DNA from: Ignavibacteriota bacterium
Lineage (GTDB): Bacteria > Bacteroidota > Ignavibacteria > UBA10030
DNA length: 64,000 bases
Direction of reading: 5' to 3'
Assembly: GCA_963833465.1 (NCBI GenBank)
Contig: CAWHXW010000003.1
Coordinates: forward strand, 282,242-346,241
The position numbers were made by a program, and so were the translations under genes. The notes under the pieces were generated by a model that was not told where the DNA came from, did no database searches, and saw only the letters and a list, made by a program, of their open reading frames with translations. The stretch's first letter is position 1; the number at the start of each line of letters is the position of its first letter. Shown here in pieces: positions 21,703-32,032 of the stretch.

Positions 21703-23184
21703 ATGAAAATGGAAGCAACAACAAAATTACGACGCGTCACAATTGATCCTATTACGCGACTTGAAGGCCACGGAAAAATAGACATTTTTCTCGATGATAA
21801 AGGCGAAGTGACGAAAGCGTATTATCAAATACCTGAACTACGCGGCTTCGAGATTTTTTCAAAGGGGCGACCTGCTGAAGATATGCCGCAAATTACAAGC
21901 CGCATCTGTGGCGTTTGTCCAACAGCACATCATATGGCTGGAACAAAAGCGCTGGATGATTTGTATAAAGTTGATCCACCGCCTGCGGCAAAAAAAATCC
22001 GCGAGCTTATTTACAATCTCTTCATGCTTGAAGACCATGCATTACATGTGTACATTCTTGGCGGCCCTGATTTCATCGTGGGACCGGATGCACCGAAGGA
22101 ATTACGCAACGTTGTCGGTGTTATCGGCAAAGTAGGTGTTGACGTTGGTAAAAAAGTAATCTCGATGCGGCGCCGTCTGCGCGAGCTTATTAGCTATCTC
22201 GGCGGTAAAGTAATTCACCCTGTCTTTGGACTACCCGGCGGTGTTTCAAAAGGAATTGCACAAGAAGATTTGCCAAAGTTCAAGGAAGTGGTCAACGATG
22301 GGTTAGATTTTGCTAAATTCACTTTACAGGTTTTTAAAGATATTGTTTTGAAGAATGACGCATATGTCAAGATGATTACTTCTGATACTTATACGCACAA
22401 AACATATTACATGGGTCTGGTTGACGAAAAAAATAAAGTGAATTTCTATGATGGGAAAGTTCGCGTGGTTGATCCATCTGGAAAAGAATTTTTAAAATTT
22501 GCGCCGCAACAGTACCTTGAACATATCTCCGAACAGGTTGAACCATGGAGTTACGTAAAATTCCCTTATCTCAAAAAAATTGGATGGAAAGGATTTATTG
22601 ACGGCGCTGACAGCGGCGTTTATTCTGTTGCTCCGCTTGCTCGCCTCAACGCTTCAGATGGCATGGCAACTGCTGAATCACAAAAAGCGTGTGATGAACT
22701 CTATAAAACTTTAGGCGGAAAACCAGTGCATATGACTCTGGCAAATCATTGGGCTCGTGTAGTGGAAATGTTGCAAGCCGCAGAAAAATGTGTTGAACTC
22801 GTGAATGATATTGAAATTACCAGCAAAGATATCCGCACTATTCCAACAAAGACACCTACTGTTGGTATTGGCATCGTAGAAGCTCCCCGCGGGACATTAA
22901 TCCATCATTATGAAACTGACGAACGAGGACTGATCACAAAGGTCAATTTAATTGTTGCTACTGCACACAATGGCGCTCGTATTGCTATGGGTGTTGATAA
23001 AGCAGCAAAGGGTTTAATACATAGCGGAAAAGTAAATGATGGTCTTTTAAACATGGTTGAAATGGCATTCCGTGCATACGATCCTTGCAATGCCTGTGCA
23101 ACGCATTCATTACCGGGTGAAATGCCGCTTGTTATCCGAATCTATAGTCAGAATGGTGACTTGATAAATGAATTAAAACGGTAA
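21703..23184 (+). CDS. mvhA: Group 3c NiFe-hydrogenase large subunit (MvhA)
   Basis: RICGVCPTAHH (L1) and DPCNACATH (L2) motifs. 493 aa. Confidence 0.85.
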   Translation: MKMEATTKLRRVTIDPITRLEGHGKIDIFLDDKGEVTKAYYQIPELRGFEIFSKGRPAEDMPQITSRICGVCPTAHHMAGTKALDDLYKVDPPPAAKKIRELIYNLFMLEDHALHVYILGGPDFIVGPDAPKELRNVVGVIGKVGVDVGKKVISMRRRLRELISYLGGKVIHPVFGLPGGVSKGIAQEDLPKFKEVVNDGLDFAKFTLQVFKDIVLKNDAYVKMITSDTYTHKTYYMGLVDEKNKVNFYDGKVRVVDPSGKEFLKFAPQQYLEHISEQVEPWSYVKFPYLKKIGWKGFIDGADSGVYSVAPLARLNASDGMATAESQKACDELYKTLGGKPVHMTLANHWARVVEMLQAAEKCVELVNDIEITSKDIRTIPTKTPTVGIGIVEAPRGTLIHHYETDERGLITKVNLIVATAHNGARIAMGVDKAAKGLIHSGKVNDGLLNMVEMAFRAYDPCNACATHSLPGEMPLVIRIYSQNGDLINELKR

Positions 23185-23235
23185 CGGAAAAAGATTATTT
23201 CATCGTGTCGATATTCTTGTAATGAAGGGACAGAA

Positions 23236-23769
23236 ATGAGTGTCACTTCGCTCTTTATCTTCATCATATGTACTTTTATCAACGGCATATTCACCTGGAA
23301 ATATTCGATCAGAGCCAATCGCCCTCATGGTATTCCACGGTTTTTTGCTTTTGAGTGCATCGTCTTACTTGTTCTCTTTAATACGCATGTGTGGTTTAAA
23401 CAACCATCGATGTGGAATCAACTCATTTCTTGGATATTGCTCTTCGCTTCGATTCTCTTCGCCGTTAGTGGTTTCTTCCTTCTTCGATTCATTGGTAAGC
23501 CAAAAGGTGATTTTGAGAATACTTCGAGCCTTGTTGTTATTGGGCTCTACAGGTTTATCCGTCATCCACTTTATGCATCCCTTCTCTTTTTGGGATGTGG
23601 TGTATACTTCAAACATATAACAATTACGACCACCGTGCTTGCGATAATCAATTTTATTGCGCTCATTGCAACAGCGAAAAAAGAAGAACACGAGATGTTA
23701 AAAAAATTTGGCAAAGAGTATATTGATTATATGAAAAACACAAAAATGTTTATTCCATTTATTTTATAA
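23236..23769 (+). CDS. Isoprenylcysteine carboxyl methyltransferase (ICMT/PEMT) family membrane protein
   Basis: Multi-TM protein. RHPLYASLL and EEHEMLKKFGKEYIDY signature motifs of the ICMT/phospholipid methyltransferase family. Confidence 0.6.
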   Translation: MSVTSLFIFIICTFINGIFTWKYSIRANRPHGIPRFFAFECIVLLVLFNTHVWFKQPSMWNQLISWILLFASILFAVSGFFLLRFIGKPKGDFENTSSLVVIGLYRFIRHPLYASLLFLGCGVYFKHITITTTVLAIINFIALIATAKKEEHEMLKKFGKEYIDYMKNTKMFIPFIL

Positions 23770-23836
23770 AAAGGAAGTACTATGAAACAATTTTTATCTT
23801 GGTTTCTCATTGGTAGTCTCGGAATGAGTACAGTTG

Positions 23837-25009
23837 ATGGCACAGCCTGAACGCCGAGATAAAGTAGTATTCAAGGAATCAAAAAATGAATTTTGGGATT
23901 CTATCGAAACAACACTTGAAAAGTATTATAAGAAGGATTCAACCGCGAATAAAAACCTGCGGGTTGATTTTAGTCAATTTAATCCACCAAAATCTCTAGA
24001 TGAGTTCACAATGTACTGGCATAACCAGCCCATATCGCAAGCAAGATCTGGCATGTGCTGGTGCTTTTCAACGACCTCGTTTTTCGAATCAGAAATATAT
24101 CGTCTCACAAACCGTAAAATAAAACTTTCTGAACTCTACACAGTTTATTGGGAATATGTTGAGAAGGCGCGGGGATATGTTCGGACTCTTGGAAATCAGG
24201 AGTTTGGCGAAGGATCAGAGTCAGATGCTGTGATACGTATATGGAAGAATCATGGTATTGTCCCGGCAAATGCGTACACAGGGTTACTCAAGAGTCAACC
24301 TTTTCATGATCATTCCAAAATGTTTACAGAACTAGATACATATCTCAAGTCTCTCAAAATTTCGAATAATTGGGATGAAGATGTGGTAGAGCATCATGTC
24401 AAATCCATTCTCAATTATTACATTGGTGCGCCCCCGGAGAAGATTCTAGTTGATAACAAGGAGATGACACCGAAGGAATATTTAGAAAAGGTTGTCAGAT
24501 TGAATCTGGATGAGTATGTGGAACTTGTTTCTCTTGCCGACCGCCCATATTACTCATGGGTGGAATACGATGTGCCAGATAACTGGTGGCATAGTAGAAA
24601 CTACTTCAACGTTCCGTTGGACGATTTTATGACGGTGATAAAAAATGCTATTCGTTCTGGATATACAGAGGCAATTGGCGGTGATGTTTCAGAACCGGGT
24701 ATCGATGGGCATGCCGGCATTGCCGTTGTACCGACGTTTGATATTCCGCCACAGTATATTGATGAAAACGCACGCATTTTCAGATTTAAAAATGGTACAA
24801 CTGGTGATGACCATGGTATTCATTTAGTTGGTTATACACAAAAAGATGGAATAGATTGGTACCTGATAAAAGATTCAGGTTCCGGCTCTCGCAACAATTC
24901 ACATCCAGGGTATTTCTTTTTTCATGAAGATTATGTGAAATTAAAAATGCTTGGAGTGATGCTTCCCAAAATTGCAATGCCTGAGATTGCCAAGAGAATG
25001 GGGAAATAA
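23837..25009 (+). CDS. C1 (papain) family cysteine peptidase, aminopeptidase C/bleomycin-hydrolase-like
   Basis: Active-site region QARSGMCWCFS and His region DHGIHLVGY. A signal-peptide-like ORF (MKQFLSWFLIGSLG..., 23782-23850) lies upstream in another frame. Confidence 0.6.
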   Translation: MAQPERRDKVVFKESKNEFWDSIETTLEKYYKKDSTANKNLRVDFSQFNPPKSLDEFTMYWHNQPISQARSGMCWCFSTTSFFESEIYRLTNRKIKLSELYTVYWEYVEKARGYVRTLGNQEFGEGSESDAVIRIWKNHGIVPANAYTGLLKSQPFHDHSKMFTELDTYLKSLKISNNWDEDVVEHHVKSILNYYIGAPPEKILVDNKEMTPKEYLEKVVRLNLDEYVELVSLADRPYYSWVEYDVPDNWWHSRNYFNVPLDDFMTVIKNAIRSGYTEAIGGDVSEPGIDGHAGIAVVPTFDIPPQYIDENARIFRFKNGTTGDDHGIHLVGYTQKDGIDWYLIKDSGSGSRNNSHPGYFFFHEDYVKLKMLGVMLPKIAMPEIAKRMGK

Positions 25010-25290
25010 TCTCTATGGGATAACGCTGATCTTCATGAGCTTTTTCAATTGATTGTTTAACTTTGAGTTCAACGAGAACACTTTTTTCTACTAAGAGTTC
25101 CGCAATAAAGTTGCCGACAGGTTTCTCTCCATAGACAACTTGCAGTTCTTTTTGTTGCTCGACAACGATTCCATTATTTTTCAACTCTTTCAACAAGACA
25201 TTTTCGTATACTTTTTCATGAAATCCAGCATCAATTGTGTTTTGAATTTGAATGCGAATCCGATTATTTTTTCGGTAAGGTCACTTAATG
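25010..25290 (-). pseudogene. Degenerate GxxExxY-family (PD-(D/E)XK-like) gene remnant
   Basis: The minus-strand frame reads ...TIDAGFHEKVYENVLLKELKNNGIVVEQQKELQVVYGEKPVGNFIAELLVEKSVLVELK, which matches the GxxExxY core but lacks the GPG-LLES segment. It is truncated where it meets the convergent peptidase gene. Confidence 0.45.
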
Positions 25291-25393
25291 GATATTCATC
25301 GGTAGATTTTTTGTCAATGGTAGTTGCCTTATTTATTTTACAAATCAGAGAAATCAATTATCATTTTTTTATCTGTGTATTTCAGCGGCATCA

Positions 25394-26458
25394 TCAGCAG
25401 ATTCTTGGCAGTTGCTCACCTGAAAGCATGTCCACAACACGTGAACCGCCGATAAGCGTCTTCATAATTACAGTACCCGGATGATCGGCAACAACATCGC
25501 CAATTACAACAGATTTTTCTCCAAGTGGGTTCGAGCGCATTACTGCAAGCACTTTTTCTGCCGCCATTGGAGCAACGAAAGCAAGAAGCTTACCTTCATT
25601 TGCTACATACAGCGGATCGAAGCCAAGAATTTCGCATGCACCTAAAACTTCTTCTGATACAGGTATTTGATTTTCAAAAATATTAATTCCAATTGAAGCG
25701 CTCTCGGCAATTTCATTTAATGCCGATGCGACTCCTCCGCGTGTCGGGTCGCGAAGAACGTGAATTTCTCGACTTGCCGCAAACATCGTCTCTACTAAGC
25801 CGTTCAGCGGTGCACAGTCGCTTTCAATCTGAGTTTCAAACTCCAATCCTTCTCTTACAGACATAATAGCGATTCCATGATCAGCAATTGTTCCGCTTAA
25901 AATAATTTTATCGCCTACTTTTGCATGCCGTGGACTGATTCGAACTTCATTTGGAATAATGCCGATTCCAGATGTATTGATAAAGATTTTATCTCCTTTT
26001 CCTCGATCCACTACTTTTGTATCACCTGTAACAAGTTGAATTCCTGCCGTCTTTGCTGCAGATTCCATTGAAAGCACAACGCGCCATAAATCTTCCATTG
26101 GAAATCCTTCTTCAATAATAAATGCAGAAGAAAGATAAAGCGGACGCGCGCCGCACATGGCAAGGTCATTCACAGTTCCGTTCACAGCGAGTCTGCCAAT
26201 ATCTCCGCCTGGAAAAAATATTGGGTTGATGACATACGAATCAGTAGAAAATGCAAATTGCTTCCCGTCAATAGAAAATATAGCGCCGTCGTGTAGCGGC
26301 TCGAGCAATTCATTCTTAAATTGCGGTAAAAAAATATTTTTAATCAATTGGTGTGAAAGCTTTCCACCGCCGCCGTGTGCAAGCAGAATATTTTTGTATT
26401 CAGTAATCGGCATCGGACAAGCGAAGCCGTTGTTCAGATCTATTAATTTTTCGCTCAT
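25394..26458 (-). CDS. hypE: Hydrogenase maturation factor HypE
   Basis: AIR-synthase-related fold; the C-terminus ends in the hallmark ...PRIC. Confidence 0.85.
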   Translation of the reverse strand: MSEKLIDLNNGFACPMPITEYKNILLAHGGGGKLSHQLIKNIFLPQFKNELLEPLHDGAIFSIDGKQFAFSTDSYVINPIFFPGGDIGRLAVNGTVNDLAMCGARPLYLSSAFIIEEGFPMEDLWRVVLSMESAAKTAGIQLVTGDTKVVDRGKGDKIFINTSGIGIIPNEVRISPRHAKVGDKIILSGTIADHGIAIMSVREGLEFETQIESDCAPLNGLVETMFAASREIHVLRDPTRGGVASALNEIAESASIGINIFENQIPVSEEVLGACEILGFDPLYVANEGKLLAFVAPMAAEKVLAVMRSNPLGEKSVVIGDVVADHPGTVIMKTLIGGSRVVDMLSGEQLPRIC

Positions 26459-26477
26459 TGCTTCAATATTTATGTGT

Positions 26478-29400
26478 TTATAGAGATGACTTGTTTTTAT
26501 CCAATGCGTTTCTGATTTTTGAAAGCACTTCTTCTATAACATATGGTTTTTGGAGAAATCCCATCACTCCGGCACTTTCTAATTTCGTTTTTATATCTGG
26601 CTCAAAATATCCGCTGGCGAATATCATTTTTACTGCAGGGTTTATCTCTTTGAGTTTGTTAAATTCACTTTCACCTGATAATTTTGGCAATCCCATGTCA
26701 CTGATAACGAGTGCAATCTCATTTGCATGCTGGCGGTAAACATCCACAGCTTCGATGCCGTCTTTTGTGGTAATTACAGTATAGCCGTGCGTTTCGAGAA
26801 GAAGCTGTGCCATCTCGCGCAGCAGGTCTTCATCTTCAACAACAAGAAGTGTCTCGGTTCCGCCCTGAACTTTTTCTTCTGCTTTACTCGCTTCAATTGT
26901 TGCAGCGCTTTCTTTTGGAACTGGCAAGTACAGGTGGAAAGTTGTTCCGCTTCCGACCGTACTTTCCACGTCAATAAATCCATGGTGAGCTTGAACAACG
27001 CCGTACACCACAGAAAGACCCAATCCTGTTCCTTTACCTTTTTCTTTTGTTGTAAAGAAAGGGTCGAAAATTCTATTACGAGTCGTTTCGTCTATTCCTA
27101 TTCCACCATCTGCTACTACTATGCACATATAACGCTGCTCATTTGCCGCTGGGAAACGCTGCCGCAAATTATTACCCAGTTCTATATTAGCTTTAATTGT
27201 AATAACTCCGCCGTTAGGCATTGCATCCCGCGCATTGACGCATAGATTGAGTAATATCTGGTGAACTTGTGTGTGATCGGCATTGATAAGTGGAATCTGT
27301 GGTTCTATTTCTTTTTCAAAAGTGATGGTTTTTGGAAATGTCTGATGTAACATTGATACTAACTCATTTATAATATCTGTAACATTAATCGGCTCAAAGG
27401 ATACTTCAGTTTTGCGGGCAAAAGTAAGAATTTGTCTGACTAATGCTGCACCTCGATCGACTGCTTGTCTAATTGCGTTCACTCCGTCGGAAAATTTCTG
27501 TGGATTATCTTTCATGGAGTGAAGGATAGATATATATCCAAGAATGATAGCAAGAATATTATTGAAATCATGCGCAATGCCGCCGGCGAGCGTACCGATA
27601 CTGAGCATCTTCTGAGATTGTGTCAACTCTTGCTGAAGTTTCTTTTGTTCTGTAATGTCTTGAAAAACTTCAAGCATTGCCTTACGCCCTTCATACATCA
27701 TGCCAACATGACTGATCTGGAACGTTTTGCCTCCTAAAACGCCCGTTGTTTCAATAATGTCTGGTTTGCCAAATGAGATTCCTCTCTTTAGCGGACAGTT
27801 TTCGCATTGCTGGTTGTTGTCTTTATATACCTGCCAGCAGCACATATCCACCGCGTCAACCGTAAGCATTTCTTTCATAGTTTTACTGATGAAGAGAATA
27901 TTTCCTTCTTCATCAACAATGTTCATTCCAAATGGCATTGTCTGGATGAGCAGGTCGTTAAAGGCATGCGTTTGGCGAAGCGCTTCTTCTGCCTTTCGGT
28001 GTTGAGTGAGATCGGAGAAGAAGACGAGCATGTAATCACTCAATGATGTAAAAGTAGATTCGACGTACTTTGTTGAGCCGTCTTTGCAAGTGATTACAGA
28101 TTCTATCGGTTCAGGTTCTCGGTTTTCCCGCTGCGACTTTTCAAGAGATGTTCGCCAAGCTGCTTCGATTTGATTTCTGTATTCTTCCATCGGATATGCT
28201 TTAGGCCACCATGCAAGCAGTGAGGTTATATCTGTTTGTTCATATCCAAAAAGTTCAGTGAACCGATGGCTGACATACTCAATTTTTTGGTTTTTTCCGG
28301 AGAATACAACGATAGAAATAGGTGCAAATTCGACTAACGTTCTGAAAAGTTCTTCACTTCTTTGCAATGCTTCTTCTGCATGTCTGCGTTCGGTGATGTC
28401 TTCGATCATAGCAAGAAAGTACAGAAATCGTTTGTCTTTATCGCGAATTGCCGTAATAGTTGCCGCTCCCCAAACAATCGTTTTATCTTTTCGTATATAA
28501 CGTTTTTCTGTGTGATAGACAGGGATTTCTCCGGCAAAAAGCTTTTTAACCGATTCAATATCTTCTGTGATATGGTCTGGATGTGTAATATCTTTGAAGG
28601 TCAGTGAAGTTAATTCGCTTTCTTCATAGCCCATCATTGTGCAAAAAGCAAAATTGACCTTAATAAAATTTAAATCCGGGTCAGAAGTTGCCATTCCTAA
28701 GGGACTTTCCTCAAATATTCTTCGGAAACGTTCTTCGCTTTCACGTAAAGAAACTTCTGCCTGTTTTTTCTCCGTGATATCTTGAATAGTACCCGAACAT
28801 CTTCAAAGGTTGCCCATTCGAATCGAATTCTAAATTACCAAGACCATGTAACCAGCGTACAGCCCCATCACTAACACGAACAATTCTGTATTCTTGATCA
28901 AAAGGATTCTTATTCTTAATGACATATTCCTTCAAGTATTGAGACATTTTATCGCGATCCGCTTGATGTATAATACTTTCCCAACCTTGAACATTTTTGA
29001 TATAATTTTTATCGATTCCAAAAATTTCGTCTAACATTTTTGATGATGTCCAAAATCCGGAAACAACGTCAAGTATATAATGCCCTATGTTAGCAACGCG
29101 TTGCGCTTCTTGGAGTTTTGTCTCACTTTCACGTAGAGTTTCCTCCGCTCGTTTTCTTTCTGTGATGTCTCGAATAATATTTTGGAAGTATCTTTTTCCC
29201 TCAATCTTAATAAATTGTGAACTAATTTCGACGGGAAACTTTGAGCCATCTTTTCGACGATGCTCAGTTTCATAGACTAGTCCGCCCCGGTCCTCGTGCT
29301 GATTCATTTGTTTATCGATCTCGGAGTGCGGCTCAGCGCCTGGATATCTTGTATTCTCAATTTATGTATCTCTTCCTGTGAGTAACCGTATGCTTTGCAT

Positions 29401-30530
29401 GCTTGATCATTTGCTTCGACAATTCTGCCGTCCATATCGGCCAGTAAAATAATATCGTTTGCATATTTGATTAGATATTCAAAATGCTTAACGATTGCCT
29501 GTCGTTCTACTCGTGCCTCATATTGTTCCCGATAAAACCGGGCTCGTTGATGTCTCCACCATAAAGCGATAATTGCGCCGCATGAAAGAATTAAAAGAAA
29601 AAAAGCTAATCCAATAATCCATGCCTGCAATCGAAAAGGAGCAAAGACTTCTTCCTGATCGACTTTTGCTATTATGAACCATGGTGTGTTTTGAATTTTT
29701 CTAATTGCCGCTAGAACAGAAATATTACGATAGTCTTTTCCTTCTACAACTCCTTCAATACCACGTGCTGCCATTGACGATGGAATCATTTCGTTGGAAA
29801 TAGGAATGCGAAAACCAAAAGTAGCATTCTTTTGATATTTAAGTTCGTTCAAATGTACAATTTCATTACCATCACGTTCTATTAGTAATGTTTCAGAACT
29901 GCGGCTTGGCGAAGGCCATTTTTTTAGAAGCGGGTATAACGATTGACCGGGATCAATACAAAGTAAAAATATGCCGATAATGCTACTATCATTACGATCT
30001 GGTGATATAAGGGGAATCATTAAATCTATATGCACAAATGGAGCATCTTCCGATCTATGTATATCAGAAAAAATAATTTGCCGATTATGGAGGACATCTT
30101 GAAAAATTCCTTGTTCATATGAATATTTAAAATTTTTATCTTGCGCAATTGATAGCAGTACATTTCCTTTTTTATCGAGCAGCAAAACTGTCTTGTAACC
30201 AGCATCTTCATGAAAAGATTTCATTAACTTAAGAATATCTTGTCTGGAGCTTGATTTTTCAGGCCTCTTTAAGTATTCGCTCACTTGACGAATTAGCGCG
30301 GCATTGTTATATGTAAGCTTACCGTCGAGTATTCGCTCTTGACGCCATTTAGTAATTTGTTCCACTTTCAAATCTGCGATTGCGGAAATATGATTCTGAG
30401 CATTTGCTTTAAAATGCTGTTGTTGTGATCGATAGAAGAAATAGCCGGTAACAAGAATGCCGATCACTAAAAGAAGAAAGACAATAATAAGAAACCAAGG
30501 TATGGTTCGTTTGGGTTCTTGAAATTTCAT
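26478..30530 (-). CDS. Large transmembrane multi-PAS hybrid sensor histidine kinase (2 TM + periplasmic sensor + >=4 PAS + HisKA + HATPase_c + C-terminal REC), split into three ORFs by two frame shifts (~28790 and ~29305)
   Basis: ORFs 29304..30530 (TM-sensor-TM-PAS start), 28741..29307 (PAS) and 26478..28694 (PAS-PAS-HisKA-HATPase-REC). PAS domains are split across both junctions. Removing one G at ttcGGGtac joins ...PLKMFG to [13 protein letters not shown]... Confidence 0.7.
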
Positions 30531-30591
30531 AAGTTAATATTCCTTCGAACGCTCAGAGTTCTGCGCTTGGTAAATTTATCTTAGCCAATTT

Positions 30592-31683
30592 TCAATGACG
30601 GATCTTTCCATAATGAAAGTACGCCGCACACGCGCCTTCTGAAGAAACCATTGGAGCGCCAAGCGGATGTTCAGGCGTGCATTGAATTCCAAATGCCGAA
30701 CAATCGTGCGGTTTTTGTAATCCTTGCATTACTTTACCTGCGATACACAACGGCGATTCCTGCGTCCGTATAGCTGCAACATCAAATATATTCTCGGCGT
30801 CAAACTCGGTAAACTCATTGCGTAATTTGTAACCGCTCTTTGGAATTGTTCCGATGCCGCGCCACGAGCGGTCTGTAATCTCGAAAACTTTTTGCATCAA
30901 TTCTTTCGCTGAACGATTCCCTTCTCGTAGAACTACTCGTGCATACTGATTTTCAACTTTTGCATGACCTTCTTCGAGCTGTTTCACAGTCATTAGGATT
31001 CCTTGAAGAATATCCACCGGTTCAAAACCTGTTATTACAATCGGCACATGATATTTAGATGCAAGGGGAATATATTCTTCATAACCCATTATTGCGCAGA
31101 CATGTCCGGCAGCAAGAAATCCTTGAACAAGATTTTCAGGCGATGATAAAATTGCTTCCATTGCTGGCGGGACAAGTACATGCGAACAAAGAATAGAATA
31201 ATTTTTCAAATTGAGTTGTTTTGCCTGCCAGACAGACATTGCATTTGCAGGAGCAGTGGTTTCAAATCCGACAGCAAAGAAAACAATTTTTTTCTCTGGA
31301 TTTAGCTGTGCAAGTTTCAATGCGTCGAGAGGAGAATAAACGATACGTACATCTCCACCTGATGCTTTTACAGTCAGCAAATCTTTTTTTGATCCGGGTA
31401 CTCTAAGCATATCACCGAACGATGTGAAGATTACATCTGATTGTGATGCAATAGTAATCGCTTTATCGATTAATTCGAGCGGTGTGACACATACCGGACA
31501 TCCAGGTCCGTGTACAAGCGTAAGTGTGGAAGGAAGAAGTTCATCAATTCCTGACTTAACGATTGTATGTGTCTGCCCTCCGCAGATTTCCATAATTGTC
31601 CAAGGACGAGTTGTAGAACTTCGGATTTCTTTAATCAGCTTTTCTGCCGAAGTCGCATTTCGATATTCATCAATATACTTCAT
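30592..31683 (-). CDS. hypD: Hydrogenase maturation factor HypD
   Basis: [13 protein letters not shown] and C-terminal Cys motifs. 363 aa. Confidence 0.85.
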   Translation of the reverse strand: MKYIDEYRNATSAEKLIKEIRSSTTRPWTIMEICGGQTHTIVKSGIDELLPSTLTLVHGPGCPVCVTPLELIDKAITIASQSDVIFTSFGDMLRVPGSKKDLLTVKASGGDVRIVYSPLDALKLAQLNPEKKIVFFAVGFETTAPANAMSVWQAKQLNLKNYSILCSHVLVPPAMEAILSSPENLVQGFLAAGHVCAIMGYEEYIPLASKYHVPIVITGFEPVDILQGILMTVKQLEEGHAKVENQYARVVLREGNRSAKELMQKVFEITDRSWRGIGTIPKSGYKLRNEFTEFDAENIFDVAAIRTQESPLCIAGKVMQGLQKPHDCSAFGIQCTPEHPLGAPMVSSEGACAAYFHYGKIRH

Positions 31684-31718
31684 TCTAATTCTTGCCGTTC
31701 ATTTCTTTCGTAGTGCGT

Positions 31719-31955
31719 TTATTCATTTTCAAATTCGTTCATCTTTTCTATAAGATTTAACGTTTCCTGCGCTTCTTCTTCATCCATCATACTGATGGCA
31801 AATCCGACATGAACTATAACGTAATTGCCGATTTTAACTTCAGGTACAAGTTCGAGACAGACTTCTTTTTTAATGCCGCCGAAACTTACTTTTCCCATTA
31901 TTGGCGAAACTGAAGTATCAATTTCTAAGACTTTACCAGGGATTGCGAGACACAT
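31719..31955 (-). CDS. hypC: Hydrogenase maturation factor HypC
   Basis: Starts MCLAIPGKV (essential Cys2). ~78 aa from the internal ATG. Confidence 0.8.
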   Translation of the reverse strand: MCLAIPGKVLEIDTSVSPIMGKVSFGGIKKEVCLELVPEVKIGNYVIVHVGFAISMMDEEEAQETLNLIEKMNEFENE

Positions 31956-32032
31956 ATTATTTTCCTTTTCCGACTCAATTTTCAAATTCCAAAATAAACA
32001 ATCAAACTGTTTTTTAAATTTCTAAAATCCTA

